DNA of 64,000 nt from a bacterium (GCA_035308905.1 DATGFS010000042.1:3093-67092); one strand, 5' to 3'. Positions 18,530-28,839 are shown, counted from the first letter of the stretch. Numbers and translations: made by a program. The notes: generated from the letters alone by a model not told the origin.

Positions 18530-19999
18530 ATGTCCGAAGCAACGGCACAGCAGGTGGCGACGTACAAGAACTTCATCGGCGGTGAATGGCGCGATTCCAA
18601 GGGCGGCGCCTTCGAGGTCCGCAGCCCGGCCAACGGGGAGCTGCTCTACCGGGCCCAGCGCTCCACGGTGGACGACGCGCAGGCCGCCGTTCGTGCGGCG
18701 CGCCAGGCCTTCGAGTCCACGGAGTGGCGCGAGGACACCGCGATGCGCACCGCGGCGTTGACGAAATTCTCCGAGGCGGTTCGCGTCCGCCACCAGGATC
18801 TCGCCACGCAGCTGACCCGCGAGAGCGGCAAGCCGTTCCCGATCAGCCGCGGCGAGGCCCTGCGGCTCGCCGAGACGATCAGCTACTACGCCGGCCTCGC
18901 GCGCTGGATCTTCGGCCGTTCGCAGATTCCGCAGCCCAACAGCATCAGCATGATCATGCGCGAGCCGGTCGGCGTGGTGGCGATCATCGTGCCGTGGAAC
19001 GCGCCGCTCGCGCTGCTGGCCCGGGCGATCGCGCCGGCGCTCGCCGCGGGCAACGCCGTGATCGTCAAGCCGGCGAGCTACACCGCGGGCTCCACCGTCG
19101 AGCTCGGCCGCATCGTCGAGGGCATCGAGGAGTTTCCGAAGGGCATCGTCAACATCGTGACCGGCCCCGGCGAACCCGTCGGCGCCGAGCTGGCGCGCCA
19201 CGACGACGTGGACATGGTCTCGTTCACCGGGGACACGTCGACCGGACGCGAGATCATGCGGCTCGCCTCCGGCAACCTCAAGAAGATCTCACTCGAGCTC
19301 GGCGGCAAGTCGCCGACGATTGTGTTCGCGGACTCCAACTTCGACCGGGCGATTCGCGGCGCGATCAACGCCGCCTCTTTCTACAACGCCGGGCAGATCT
19401 GCATCGCCGGGACGCGCGTGCTGGTCGAGGAGAGCGTGCACGGCCAGTTCGTGTCGCGGATCCAGGAGATGGTTCCCAAGATGAAGGTCGGGCCCGGGTG
19501 GGAGAAGGGCGTCGAAGTCGGCCCGGTGATCTCGGCGGCGCAGATGGAGAAAGTCACGGGGTTTATCGAAGCCGGCAAGAAAGAGGCGCGCCTCCTCGTC
19601 GGCGGGCAGCGCCTCACCGACGGCGACTTGGCCAAGGGCTACTTCCTCGCGCCGACGGTCTTCGACGAGATGTCGCCGGACGCGACGATCGCGCAGGAAG
19701 AGATCTTCGGCCCGGTGATGGGCATCACGACGTTCAAGGACGTGGACGACGCGATTCGGATCGCCAACCACACGCGCTACGGCCTCGTGGCCGCGGTGTG
19801 GACGCGGGACATCAACAAGGCGATGAAGATCGCGATGCGCGTGCGCGCCGGGTCCGTGTGGATCAACACCTTCGGCAAGATGTACCAGTCCACCGAGATG
19901 GGCGGCTTCAAGCAGTCCGGTCTGGGCCGCCAGTACGGTCTCGAAGGTCTGTTTGAATATACGGAGCTAAAGCACGTCAACATTCAGATCGAAAAGTAG
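18530..19999 (+). CDS. NAD(P)-dependent aldehyde dehydrogenase
   Basis: ELGGKSP, catalytic Cys (GQICIAGTR), EEIFGPV motifs. Confidence 0.85.
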   Translation: MSEATAQQVATYKNFIGGEWRDSKGGAFEVRSPANGELLYRAQRSTVDDAQAAVRAARQAFESTEWREDTAMRTAALTKFSEAVRVRHQDLATQLTRESGKPFPISRGEALRLAETISYYAGLARWIFGRSQIPQPNSISMIMREPVGVVAIIVPWNAPLALLARAIAPALAAGNAVIVKPASYTAGSTVELGRIVEGIEEFPKGIVNIVTGPGEPVGAELARHDDVDMVSFTGDTSTGREIMRLASGNLKKISLELGGKSPTIVFADSNFDRAIRGAINAASFYNAGQICIAGTRVLVEESVHGQFVSRIQEMVPKMKVGPGWEKGVEVGPVISAAQMEKVTGFIEAGKKEARLLVGGQRLTDGDLAKGYFLAPTVFDEMSPDATIAQEEIFGPVMGITTFKDVDDAIRIANHTRYGLVAAVWTRDINKAMKIAMRVRAGSVWINTFGKMYQSTEMGGFKQSGLGRQYGLEGLFEYTELKHVNIQIEK

Positions 20000-20086
20000 A
20001 TAAGGCGTTGGGCGCGCAGCAAGCCCGATCGACGCCCGTTCGCCATTAGTTCAGGCGACTGCGGCAGAGGGAGGGTTTGCTGCGCG

Positions 20087-21847
20087 TCAGAGATCTTGCC
20101 TGGGCACGATCACCTTATTGCGTCGTACGTCCCATATGCCTCGATACGTAATCCGCACGTCCGGCAGCGAGTCCAGCGGCAGAAACAGCAGCGTGTAGTG
20201 CGGATCCGTGTGCGGGTACCCCCGCGCGCGGAGGAACGCGTAGAGCGCCGCCGCCCGCTCCGCGATCACCGGCAGCCGGTCCGGCGCCATGATGCCGCCG
20301 ATCGGCAGCGGCAGTTCCAGCACCGTCCGGCCGTCCTCGACGGCGACGATGCCGCCGCCGAGCTCCAGCACCCGCCGCGCGGCGCGGGCCATGTCCCCGC
20401 TGTGCTGCCCCAGCACGGTGAGGTGCGCCGTGACGTTGAAGGTGGAGGCGAGCCCGCCGAGGCGCTCGACGAAGTTGCCGAGCGCGCCGCGAACGATCCA
20501 CCGGCCGCGCGGATCGATGAGCGCGCATCGCACGACGGAGGACGGCAGGGTCAGGCGGCCGTCCCGCACCGTCACCGGCACGTCCGTCCGCCGCGTGATC
20601 ACGCTGTTCTCGAGGACGATCGCCGGGAACGCCGCGCCGCCGCCGGCCGGCGCCGGCGCCGGGATCTCGAACAACTCCGGCGCGGGATCCCAGTCCGGCG
20701 CGAAGCGCCGCGGAACGGCTTCCGACCAGGCGATCTCCGGGAACGCCGCGGTGCAGACGCCGTCCTCCGCCGCGATGCGCCCGTCCGCGAACACGGTGGA
20801 CGGCCGGGGTTCGCGGAGATCGTCGAGCACCAGGATGTTGGCGCGCCGGCCCGCGGCGATGCCGCCGAGATCCTCGTCGAGCCCCAGGTACGCGGCCGGC
20901 GCCAGCGTCGCCATCTGGTAGGCGAGCACCGGCTCGATGCCGGCGGCGATCGCCTGCCGGATCACGTGGTCGAGGTACCCTTCGCGCGCGATCGTCGCGG
21001 CTTCCGGGCCGTCGGCGGTGAGCATCAACCGGCCGGACCGGGCGCGTTCGGGCGTGATTGCCGCCGCGAGCGCTGGGACGTCCGGACGCAGCGACGAGTG
21101 CCGCAGCATCGTATATAGGCCGGCGCGAAGACGGTTCGTCACTTCGGCCGCGGTGATCCCCTCGTGGTCGGAGGACCAGCCGGCCGCCGTGAGCGCCGTC
21201 AGGCGATCGTAGGACGCGCCCGGCGCGTGCCCGTCGACGCGCCGCCCGGCTTCGAGCGCGGCGGCGATCTTCTGCATGAGGTCGTGGTCGCCGTAGTACA
21301 CGGCGGGCCACCGCGTCACCTCGCCTACGGTTCGCACCGCCTCGAGCGCGAGGAGCGCGCGCACGCGCTCGAGCGCGAAGGGCCCTTCGTCCGGCAGGTG
21401 TGACGGCGCGTGGAGACGGATTGCCCAGAAGAGACGCACCGGCATCGACGCCAGCGTCTCGAGGAGCGGCGCGAGGCGGCCGGCCGGCGTCTGCAGCATC
21501 AGCTGCATCGCATCGGCGACGAGCGTGGTCGTGCCGGTTCGCAACACCTCGCGGGCAAACTCCACCGGCGTCGCCATCCCGGTGATGTGGGTATGCGGAT
21601 CGATGTATCCCGGCGCCAGCACCTTCCCCGGATACGACAGCACACGAGTGTCCGGACCGACCATGCCGCGGTTCAGTCCGACATAGGCGATCCGCCCGCC
21701 CGCGATCGCGACGTCGGCGCGATATAGCTCGCCGCTGTATACGTTCAATAGAAGCGCGCCCTCGAGGTAGAGATCGGCCGGACGGCGCCCGGCGGCGACC
21801 TCGAGCAGGAGCCGCAGCTCCTCCAGGGTCCGGCTGGTGTGCCTCAC
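20087..21847 (-). CDS. Amidohydrolase, putative adenine deaminase
   Basis: VLAPGYIDPHTHI… amidohydrolase metal site; about 586 aa with a C-terminal adenine-deaminase-like region; GTG start chosen, since the upstream portion of the 926-aa ORF is antisense to the aquaporin gene. Confidence 0.6.
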   Translation of the reverse strand: MRHTSRTLEELRLLLEVAAGRRPADLYLEGALLLNVYSGELYRADVAIAGGRIAYVGLNRGMVGPDTRVLSYPGKVLAPGYIDPHTHITGMATPVEFAREVLRTGTTTLVADAMQLMLQTPAGRLAPLLETLASMPVRLFWAIRLHAPSHLPDEGPFALERVRALLALEAVRTVGEVTRWPAVYYGDHDLMQKIAAALEAGRRVDGHAPGASYDRLTALTAAGWSSDHEGITAAEVTNRLRAGLYTMLRHSSLRPDVPALAAAITPERARSGRLMLTADGPEAATIAREGYLDHVIRQAIAAGIEPVLAYQMATLAPAAYLGLDEDLGGIAAGRRANILVLDDLREPRPSTVFADGRIAAEDGVCTAAFPEIAWSEAVPRRFAPDWDPAPELFEIPAPAPAGGGAAFPAIVLENSVITRRTDVPVTVRDGRLTLPSSVVRCALIDPRGRWIVRGALGNFVERLGGLASTFNVTAHLTVLGQHSGDMARAARRVLELGGGIVAVEDGRTVLELPLPIGGIMAPDRLPVIAERAAALYAFLRARGYPHTDPHYTLLFLPLDSLPDVRITYRGIWDVRRNKVIVPRQDL

Positions 21848-21934
21848 GCGCCTCAGTCTAGCACGGGCGGCGGCGAGAGGATGCCGGGCGGCGCGGCGCA
21901 AAGACAAGACGCCGCGAAAGGTCGGGGGGTGGGT

Positions 21935-22627
21935 ATGGCAGAGGCACAGCCGGCGTGGAAGCCGTTGCTCGCCGAAGTGATCGGGACGTTTACGTTGATC
22001 TTTGCGGGAGCGGGCGCCATCATCGCCAATCAAATCACCCACGGCGGCGTCGGCGTGCTGGGCATCGCGCTGGCCCACGGGCTCGCGATCGGCGTCATGG
22101 TCTCGGCGCTCGGCGCTATTTCGGGCGGGCATTTCAATCCGGCGGTGACCTGCGGCTTTCTCGTCGCCGGACGAATCCCGGCGGCCAAAGCGATCGCGTA
22201 CGTGATCGCGCAGCTTGCCGGGGCCACGCTCGGGGGCCTGGCGCTGTGGGCGGCGTATCCACACGGCCCGGTCGTCGCCGTGAGTCTCGGCACGCCATTG
22301 CTCGCGCCCGACGTGCCCACGACGGCCGGCATCCTGTTCGAGGCGATCGGCACGTTCTTCCTGGTGACGGTGGTCTTCGGCACGGCCGTGCACCCCGCGG
22401 CGCCGCGCATCGGCGGCCTCGCGATCGGCCTCACAATTACCATGGACATCCTCGCGTTCGGGGCGCTGACCGGCGCGGCGGTGAATCCGGCGCGCGCGTT
22501 TGGGCCGGCGCTCGTGTCCGGCGTGTGGACCAATCAGCTGGTCTACTGGATCGGCCCGTTGATCGGCGGCGCCCTGGCCGGCGGCCTGTTCGGCGGCGCT
22601 TACTTGCCGGGGCCGGCTTCCAAGTAG
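21935..22627 (+). CDS. aqpZ: MIP family aquaporin / glycerol facilitator
   Basis: Two NPA boxes (HFNPAVT, VNPARAF), six TM segments. Confidence 0.85.
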   Translation: MAEAQPAWKPLLAEVIGTFTLIFAGAGAIIANQITHGGVGVLGIALAHGLAIGVMVSALGAISGGHFNPAVTCGFLVAGRIPAAKAIAYVIAQLAGATLGGLALWAAYPHGPVVAVSLGTPLLAPDVPTTAGILFEAIGTFFLVTVVFGTAVHPAAPRIGGLAIGLTITMDILAFGALTGAAVNPARAFGPALVSGVWTNQLVYWIGPLIGGALAGGLFGGAYLPGPASK

Positions 22628-24102
22628 CGCAGCAGCGTTCGGACGCCATACCCGGTCCCGCCGAGCGGCATGTACGGCGGTCCCTTGCGGTCCTCCGCGA
22701 ACGCGGGACCGGCGATGTCGAGGTGCGCCCAGGGTGTCGTCCCGACGAACGCACCGATAAAGGCGGCGCCGCGCTCCGCGCCGGCTGCGCGCCCCCCGGA
22801 GTTCTTGAGGTCGGCGATGTCGCTGCGCATCGCCTCCGCGAACTCGTCGTACATCGGCAGCTGCCACAATTGCTCGCCGGAAGCCTTCGCCGCGGTCAGC
22901 AGGCGGTCGGCCAGCGGCTGATCGTTGGTCATCAGCCCTGCGGTGTAGTCGCCGAGGGCGATCACGCAGGCGCCGGTGAGGGTCGCGAGGTCGATGATTT
23001 CGGCGGCGCCTTCGCGCACGGCAAAGGCCACCGCGTCGCCGAGCACGAGGCGGCCTTCGGCGTCGGTGTTGTTGATCTCCACCGTCTTGCCGCCGAGGGC
23101 GCGGACCACGTCGCCGGGACGCGTGGCGCGCCCGCTGATCATGTTCTCGGTCGCCGCCACGATGCCGAGCACCCGCACCGGCGCCGCGAGGTCTTTCAGC
23201 GCGCCCATGGCGCCCAACACGGCGGCGGCGCCCGCCATGTCGCCCTTCATCGTCATCATCCCGTTGGCCGTCTTGATCGAGTACCCGCCGGTGTCGAACG
23301 TGATGCCTTTGCCGACCAGCGCGACGGTTCGTGAGGCGTCCGCGGCTGCGCCCGCCGGGCGATAGTCCAGCACGATGAACTTCGGCGGCTGCTCGCTGCC
23401 GGCCGCGACCGCGGCGAACAGGCCCATCCCCATCTTCCGTGCGCCGTCGAGGTCGATCACGCGGCAGTCCAGCCCGTCGCGCGCGGCGATCTCGCGCGCG
23501 AGGTCCGCGAGCGCGGTTGGCGTGACGACGTTGGCGGGCTCGTTGACGAGGTCGCGGGCGCGGCCCGTGGCGGCCACGGCGAGGTCGGCCTGGCGAAGCG
23601 CGCGGGTCAGGGCGCCGCGGTCTCCGCGCGCGAGCACGACGGTTTCGTCGAGCGCGGGATCGTCGGCGGTGCGGTACCGGTCGAACCGGTAGGCGGCGAG
23701 GCCGGCCCCTTCCGCGGCGGCGCGGACGTGCTCCGCCGGGGCGCCGCCCGGTCCGCCCGCGCCGCCGTCGAGGGCCGCCGTGATCGCGATCCGCTTGGCC
23801 TGCACGCCGCCGGCCTGCCGGGCGGCCACGGCCGCGAAGCGGCGCACGGCTTCCGCGTCTCCGCCGCGGCCGGTCCCCACGAGGAGCACGCGCCGGAACG
23901 GCGCGTCGAGCGCGTGGAGGAGCAGCGTGCGGCCGCGCTTCCCCGTGAAACCGTCCGCGCGGGCCGCGTCCGTCAACCGTCCGCCGAGCTGCTTGTCAAC
24001 CGCCGCCGCGTCCCCGGCGAGCGTGCCGGGTTCAGGCACCGCCAGCGCGAGGAGATCGCAGGCGGTGGCGGCAGGAAGTGTGTCGGCGAGCGTGACGCGC
24101 AT
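22600..24102 (-). CDS. pepA: Leucyl aminopeptidase (M17 family)
   Basis: NTDAEGRL, VGKGITFDTGG and other M17 catalytic motifs. Confidence 0.85.
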   Translation of the reverse strand: MRVTLADTLPAATACDLLALAVPEPGTLAGDAAAVDKQLGGRLTDAARADGFTGKRGRTLLLHALDAPFRRVLLVGTGRGGDAEAVRRFAAVAARQAGGVQAKRIAITAALDGGAGGPGGAPAEHVRAAAEGAGLAAYRFDRYRTADDPALDETVVLARGDRGALTRALRQADLAVAATGRARDLVNEPANVVTPTALADLAREIAARDGLDCRVIDLDGARKMGMGLFAAVAAGSEQPPKFIVLDYRPAGAAADASRTVALVGKGITFDTGGYSIKTANGMMTMKGDMAGAAAVLGAMGALKDLAAPVRVLGIVAATENMISGRATRPGDVVRALGGKTVEINNTDAEGRLVLGDAVAFAVREGAAEIIDLATLTGACVIALGDYTAGLMTNDQPLADRLLTAAKASGEQLWQLPMYDEFAEAMRSDIADLKNSGGRAAGAERGAAFIGAFVGTTPWAHLDIAGPAFAEDRKGPPYMPLGGTGYGVRTLLRYLEAGPGK

Positions 24103-24168
24103 GTTGACCTCCGGGGGGGGGCGTTCAAGTGCCTGTCTTTCACACGCTGCCTATTGTAACAGACAGGT

Positions 24169-25170
24169 TCAGCGCACGAGGGCCGACACCGGAACGAACC
24201 GGATGCCGGCCTCGTCGAATTCCGGCAGCATCTCCCGCAGCACGCGCGCCGTCACCTTGCCGACGTGGCCGATCGCGATCGCCTGTCCGCGGGTCTGCGC
24301 GATGCGGATGAGCGCATGGAACTGGGCGCGGACGTAGGTGTCGTCGTCCTGGTTGTCGAGAAAGACGGCCCGCACCGCCGTCGGCACGCCCATCGTGCGC
24401 GCGGTGTCCGCGGCGACGGACCGCGGCGAGGTCAGGCTGTCGACGAAGAACAGCCGGCGTGCCTTGACAACGCCGAGGATCGCCCGCATCACGCGCGGAT
24501 CGGCGGTCCCGCGCGAGCCCATGTGGTTGTTCGTGCCGGCGGCGCCGGGCACCGTGGCAAAGTCCGACGCCACGGTCCGTGCGATCGCGTCGTCGGTCAT
24601 GTCCACCGTGATGCCGCCGGGCCCCAGGTCGAGCGCGGCGTTGTCCGGCTGGACGGGGAGATGAAGGATCACCTGGACCCCCCGGCCCGCCGCCTCCTCG
24701 GCGATCGGCGTCGAGTACGGCAGGCCCGGCAGCACCGAAATCGTCACCGGACGGGGAAGCGCCATCACCTCGCGCGCGGCGCGCAGGCTGTAGCCCGCGT
24801 CGTCGAAGATGACGGCGACCCGGGGATGAGCGGATGGCTCCGGTGATGCCGCCGGTCCGGGAGCGACGGCGGGACTCTGGGAGCCTTCGGGGTTTTCGCG
24901 CGGCGGCTGCGGCGCGGCGGCGCGGGGCGCGGGCGCCGGGGCGGCCGGCCGCGCGGGACGGGGACGCGCCGCAACCGGCGGCGCCGCGTGAGACGCGCGG
25001 GGCGGGGCGGGCGGAGCGGGCGGCGCCGGACGGACGTGCCAGCCGGCCAGCAGGCCGAGCACGATGCCGGCGCCGGCCAGCATCCCCAGCGCGAACGCCG
25101 GGATGCCGCGCCGGGACCGGCCGTTGGTTCCGCCGCGTGTTCTGCCGCCGCGCGCGCTTTTAGGGGCCAT
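24169..25170 (-). CDS. Divergent polysaccharide deacetylase family protein (YibQ-like) with N-terminal TM and Pro/Ala-rich linker
   Basis: C-terminal domain …VAVIFDDAGYSL…ISVLPGLPYS…HMGSRGT… typical of DUF610/YibQ. Confidence 0.65.
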   Translation of the reverse strand: MAPKSARGGRTRGGTNGRSRRGIPAFALGMLAGAGIVLGLLAGWHVRPAPPAPPAPPRASHAAPPVAARPRPARPAAPAPAPRAAAPQPPRENPEGSQSPAVAPGPAASPEPSAHPRVAVIFDDAGYSLRAAREVMALPRPVTISVLPGLPYSTPIAEEAAGRGVQVILHLPVQPDNAALDLGPGGITVDMTDDAIARTVASDFATVPGAAGTNNHMGSRGTADPRVMRAILGVVKARRLFFVDSLTSPRSVAADTARTMGVPTAVRAVFLDNQDDDTYVRAQFHALIRIAQTRGQAIAIGHVGKVTARVLREMLPEFDEAGIRFVPVSALVR

Positions 25171-26906
25171 CAGGGTTGCTCCGCGGCGGGGGCCGCCGCA
25201 TACCGCTGCAGCCCTTTCAGAATGCCCTGCGCGAACGCCTGCTGTCCCGCCGGAACGCGCAGCAGCTGTTCCTCGCGGGGGTTGGTCACGAACGCCGTCT
25301 CCACGAGCACGGCCGGAATATGCGGGTTGCCGACCAGCACCGCGAATCGGGCCACCGCGATGCCGCGCGAGCCTACGCCCGCGGCTCGGCCGATCTCGTC
25401 CGCGATGGCCGAGGCGAGCGGTGCGCTCTGCGGCGTGAGGTAGAAGGCCTGCGTGCCGTTGGCGTTCGCGTCGACCGCGGCGTTGGCGTGGATGCTGACA
25501 AAGAGGGTCGCGCCCCCGCGCGCCGCGATGCGCGCGCGATCTTCCAACGGGACGAAGACGTCCGCGTCCCGCACCATGACCACATCGATCCGCTGCCGGA
25601 CGAGCAGGGTGCGAAGGTCCTGGGCGATCGCGAGCGCCACGTCCTTCTCCAGCACGCCGGAGGGGCCGATCGCGCCCGGATCGCTGCCGCCGTGGCCGGC
25701 GTCGATCGCCACGACCAGCCGGCCGTGGCCGCCGGCCGCCGGCGGCTGCGCGGCGCCGCCGAGATCGATTACGAGCTGCGACGGATCGGCGCCGGGATGC
25801 ACGGCGTAGGGCGCGGGCCGGCTCAGCTCGACGACGATCCGGACGATGTTGGGATCTTTGTGGAACTGCGCCGCTCGGACCTGGACGACGAGGCCGTCGT
25901 TGACGTCGAGGGCCTTCTTGACCGGGACAAAGACCGCGTCCGCGACGTCGAGGACGATGCGGTCCGGGCCGCGGAGCACGTGCTCCGCGGCCCGGATGGG
26001 CTGCGTCGCCGTGATGACGACCCGGCCGCCGCCGTCCGCGGGCTCGTACGCGACATCGAGCAGTTTGCGTCCGGACGGCCCCGCCGGGATCGGCCCCGGG
26101 GCGGCGCCGCCGCCGAGGGCGATCACGACGTGCCGGTCCGCCGGCGCGGAGAGGAGGCGGTAACGCACCGGCCCGGTCAGGTCGAAGACGACGCGCGCGC
26201 CGCCCGCCGCCTGGCCCATGCGGATCGTTTGCAGCGGCCCTTCATGGACGTCGGTCAGCGGCTGCGGCGTCCGGGCCACCGCGCCGGGGACGTCGACGAC
26301 CAGCCGCTCGGGCGTGTGGAGCGTTGTGATGCGGGGATGCAGCGGCGCGGTGGCCTCGAGCGTCACTTCCAGGCCGGCGTCCGTCGCGCGCCACGAAACC
26401 GCCGTGATCTGGCCGTTGACGAACAGCGTGCGCTGCCCGGCGTCGTAGATCGTCACGTCGCCCAACGTATCGAAGACCCACTGCGCCGGCACGAGCACGC
26501 GGCCGAGAACCGTCACGAGCGGTACCGGAACGGGGCGGCGTTCCCCGTTGACGGTGGCGTACGGATCGTTCGTCCGCAACTCCATCTCGTCGCCGGCCGG
26601 ACTCTGGAGCGTCAGGACGCGCGCGCGGCCGTCCCACGTCGCGTGGATGCCGAGCGGTTCGAAGAGTCCCGGGAGGGGCGCCATGACGACGCCGTCCTGC
26701 ACGATCGCGTCCCCCGCGGACGCGAGGTCTTCGCCGTTGGCGATGATCCGCAGTGGGACGGGCTGCGCCGGCGTGGGAGACACGCCGGCGCCGAGCACGG
26801 CAAGAGACAGGAGGACGGAGACGAGAAGGCCGCGCCGCCGGCTGTGATGTTCGATGATCTGCCCCCGATGATGCGGCGTCGAATGCTGCAACGAGTACGG
26901 CGTCAA
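25170..26906 (-). CDS. N-acetylmuramoyl-L-alanine amidase with N-terminal AMIN/copper-amine-oxidase-like domains
   Basis: Amidase_3 motif VVAIDAGHGGSDPGA…FVSIHANA; signal peptide. Confidence 0.8.
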   Translation of the reverse strand: MTPYSLQHSTPHHRGQIIEHHSRRRGLLVSVLLSLAVLGAGVSPTPAQPVPLRIIANGEDLASAGDAIVQDGVVMAPLPGLFEPLGIHATWDGRARVLTLQSPAGDEMELRTNDPYATVNGERRPVPVPLVTVLGRVLVPAQWVFDTLGDVTIYDAGQRTLFVNGQITAVSWRATDAGLEVTLEATAPLHPRITTLHTPERLVVDVPGAVARTPQPLTDVHEGPLQTIRMGQAAGGARVVFDLTGPVRYRLLSAPADRHVVIALGGGAAPGPIPAGPSGRKLLDVAYEPADGGGRVVITATQPIRAAEHVLRGPDRIVLDVADAVFVPVKKALDVNDGLVVQVRAAQFHKDPNIVRIVVELSRPAPYAVHPGADPSQLVIDLGGAAQPPAAGGHGRLVVAIDAGHGGSDPGAIGPSGVLEKDVALAIAQDLRTLLVRQRIDVVMVRDADVFVPLEDRARIAARGGATLFVSIHANAAVDANANGTQAFYLTPQSAPLASAIADEIGRAAGVGSRGIAVARFAVLVGNPHIPAVLVETAFVTNPREEQLLRVPAGQQAFAQGILKGLQRYAAAPAAEQP

Positions 26907-27022
26907 AACGCGTCTGGCGCGGAAACGTCCGGACGGCCGGACGAACCCGCGGTGCTAGTACGCCGGACGTCCCATAACTCCTCCACCGCACGCGGGGACC
27001 GCCGGGCGGCCGCCGCCTGTGC

Positions 27023-27904
27023 TCAGCGCCAGACCTCGGCGATCGGCGCCTCGCGCGCGGCCCTCCCAAGCGCGGGAAGGTTCCAGTTGTCGCTCATCGT
27101 GCGGCAGAATCCGTAGTGGCTGTGCCGGATCGCGGACGCGGCTCCCCGCCGGACGCCCCGTCCCCAGAACCCGGCGAACACGCGGTTGTCCCCGTTGAAG
27201 TCGTCTTCGTCGTAGCAGAAAAAGAGGGCGGGGTACCGGCCGTCCGCGTCCGGCGTCGTGAACCACGGCGAGGCGGCCAGCGTGTCGAGCAGCGCGTTGA
27301 GATTGGCGTCGGCCCGCTGCGGGTGGCCGTTGTGCATTTCGTTGTCGTCGTCCCATCCGGCGTAAACCAGGCAGCGGTCCGGCAGGCCCGCCGGACCGCC
27401 GCCCAGATCGGCGCGCAGCGCGTCGAGGCCCATCCCGGTGCGGGCGATCGGAGCGTGGAGGTCGACGAGCGGGTTGTGCTTGCGCGCGATTGTCCCGGCC
27501 AGATGGTAGACGTACGCGGGAATCGGCGGCGCGGCGGCGGCGCCGGCGCTCGCGACCGTGGGGTGGAACGTGTCGATGACCTCGGCCGTGCCCCACACCT
27601 CGCCCGAGGCCATGGCGCGATAGTTGGGGCCTGACGGGTGCGACACCGCGAAGTAGCGGTCGAGCACGGCGCCTTCCCGGGCCAGCCGCCGATGCGAGGC
27701 GAGGCCGGACACTTCGGCGAACCTGCGATTCTCAAACACGGCCCACACGAGGCTGCTCCACCATCGGGAGGTCGCGGCCGCCCACGCGGGGCGAGACCGC
27801 GCGGCCGTGCCGGCGGCGGCGGCCGCCAGCACGGCCCGCAGCAGCGTGCGCCGCGGCAGGCGCCTCGGGCCTGTGCTCCGGCAGGGGAGAGGATCCGCGG
27901 CCAT
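27023..27904 (-). CDS. Phosphoesterase family protein (PLC/AcpA-like) with Tat-type signal
   Basis: RRTLLRAVLAAAAAGTAA signal; C-terminal phosphoesterase motifs (…YAGWDDDNEMHNGH…); upstream part of the long ORF rejected as GC artefact. Confidence 0.5.
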   Translation of the reverse strand: MAADPLPCRSTGPRRLPRRTLLRAVLAAAAAGTAARSRPAWAAATSRWWSSLVWAVFENRRFAEVSGLASHRRLAREGAVLDRYFAVSHPSGPNYRAMASGEVWGTAEVIDTFHPTVASAGAAAAPPIPAYVYHLAGTIARKHNPLVDLHAPIARTGMGLDALRADLGGGPAGLPDRCLVYAGWDDDNEMHNGHPQRADANLNALLDTLAASPWFTTPDADGRYPALFFCYDEDDFNGDNRVFAGFWGRGVRRGAASAIRHSHYGFCRTMSDNWNLPALGRAAREAPIAEVWR

Positions 27905-27921
27905 GTGTCTTACAGCGTTCC

Positions 27922-28812
27922 CTAGGCGGTGATGGTTTCGACGAAGGCCGCGAGCCGGCGCGGGGCCGGCAGCGGTCCCGCGACGAACACGAGCCACGTC
28001 TCGACGAGGCGCGCGGCCGTCTCGACCGGCAGCGCCGCTCGGGGCACGCCGGGCACGTCCTCCCACGGCGGGCCGTCGAGGCGGAGCCCAATCTGGTCCA
28101 CGTAGTCCATCGCGGCGTCCGCTTCCGTTCGGATGGCGGCGCCGCCATCGAGCGCGAGTCCCGTGCTGTCCTCGTAGACGTCGACGAGCACCTTGGTGAG
28201 GGCGGCGAGGCTCGCGAGCGCCCGGAGTGTACCCCACTGATCCTGGATGCTGGCGCCGGCCTCCCAGAGTGCCGCGGGCGCCGCACCGTTCGACGCGACG
28301 ACGCCGGCGGACGCCGGGACCGGAGGCAGCTGCTCGCCGGCCGCGATCGTGCCGACCCACCGGTCGAGCAGAGAGGCGCACCGGACGGCGGCGTGGAGCA
28401 GGCCGGGCGCGCCCTCCCGCAGCGTGGCGCCGCAGACCCCCGACGCCGCGGTGATCACCTTGGGCGCGAGATCGCGGGGCGCGAGCCGCGGCACCTGCAC
28501 GTCCTGGGCGACGAACCACTCCACCATCAGGGTGATGTCTTCCGGTGAGGTGTAGCGATTCGGACGCTCGAGAAGCCGCCGCTGCAGCGAGCGCTTCCAC
28601 CGCGGGCCGATCGTCTGCAGCGTCTCGACGGCGATCCGCACCGGCGCGAAGACGCAGACGATCCATGCCACCAGGACGAGAAAGAGGTCGCGGCCGCCGT
28701 CCGCGGCGAGCGTCACGGCGGCGCCGGCCAGACAGACCCACAGCCAAGCGCGGCCAAACGCGCGGCGCGCGTCGGCCCGTTCGAGGCGGCTCAGCGCATA
28801 GCGAAGCGTCAT
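27922..28812 (-). CDS. Hypothetical membrane protein
   Basis: ORF with N-terminal TM helices (RAWLWVCLAGAAVTLAA…LFLVLVAWIVCVFAPV); no recognizable domain. Confidence 0.4.
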   Translation of the reverse strand: MTLRYALSRLERADARRAFGRAWLWVCLAGAAVTLAADGGRDLFLVLVAWIVCVFAPVRIAVETLQTIGPRWKRSLQRRLLERPNRYTSPEDITLMVEWFVAQDVQVPRLAPRDLAPKVITAASGVCGATLREGAPGLLHAAVRCASLLDRWVGTIAAGEQLPPVPASAGVVASNGAAPAALWEAGASIQDQWGTLRALASLAALTKVLVDVYEDSTGLALDGGAAIRTEADAAMDYVDQIGLRLDGPPWEDVPGVPRAALPVETAARLVETWLVFVAGPLPAPRRLAAFVETITA

Positions 28813-28839
28813 CGGCGCTCCTATGGTACCATACAGCCT

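Noticed and set aside
20087-22867. 926-aa ORF on the minus strand
   Set aside because: Only the downstream 586 codons carry amidohydrolase/adenine-deaminase motifs; the upstream 340 codons are antisense to the NPA-containing aquaporin gene, so the gene was truncated to a GTG start at 21847.
27904-28747. N-terminal 280 codons of the 574-aa minus-strand ORF containing the phosphoesterase
   Set aside because: Arg/Gly-rich junk upstream of a Met that begins a Tat-like signal peptide; the gene was started at 27904.
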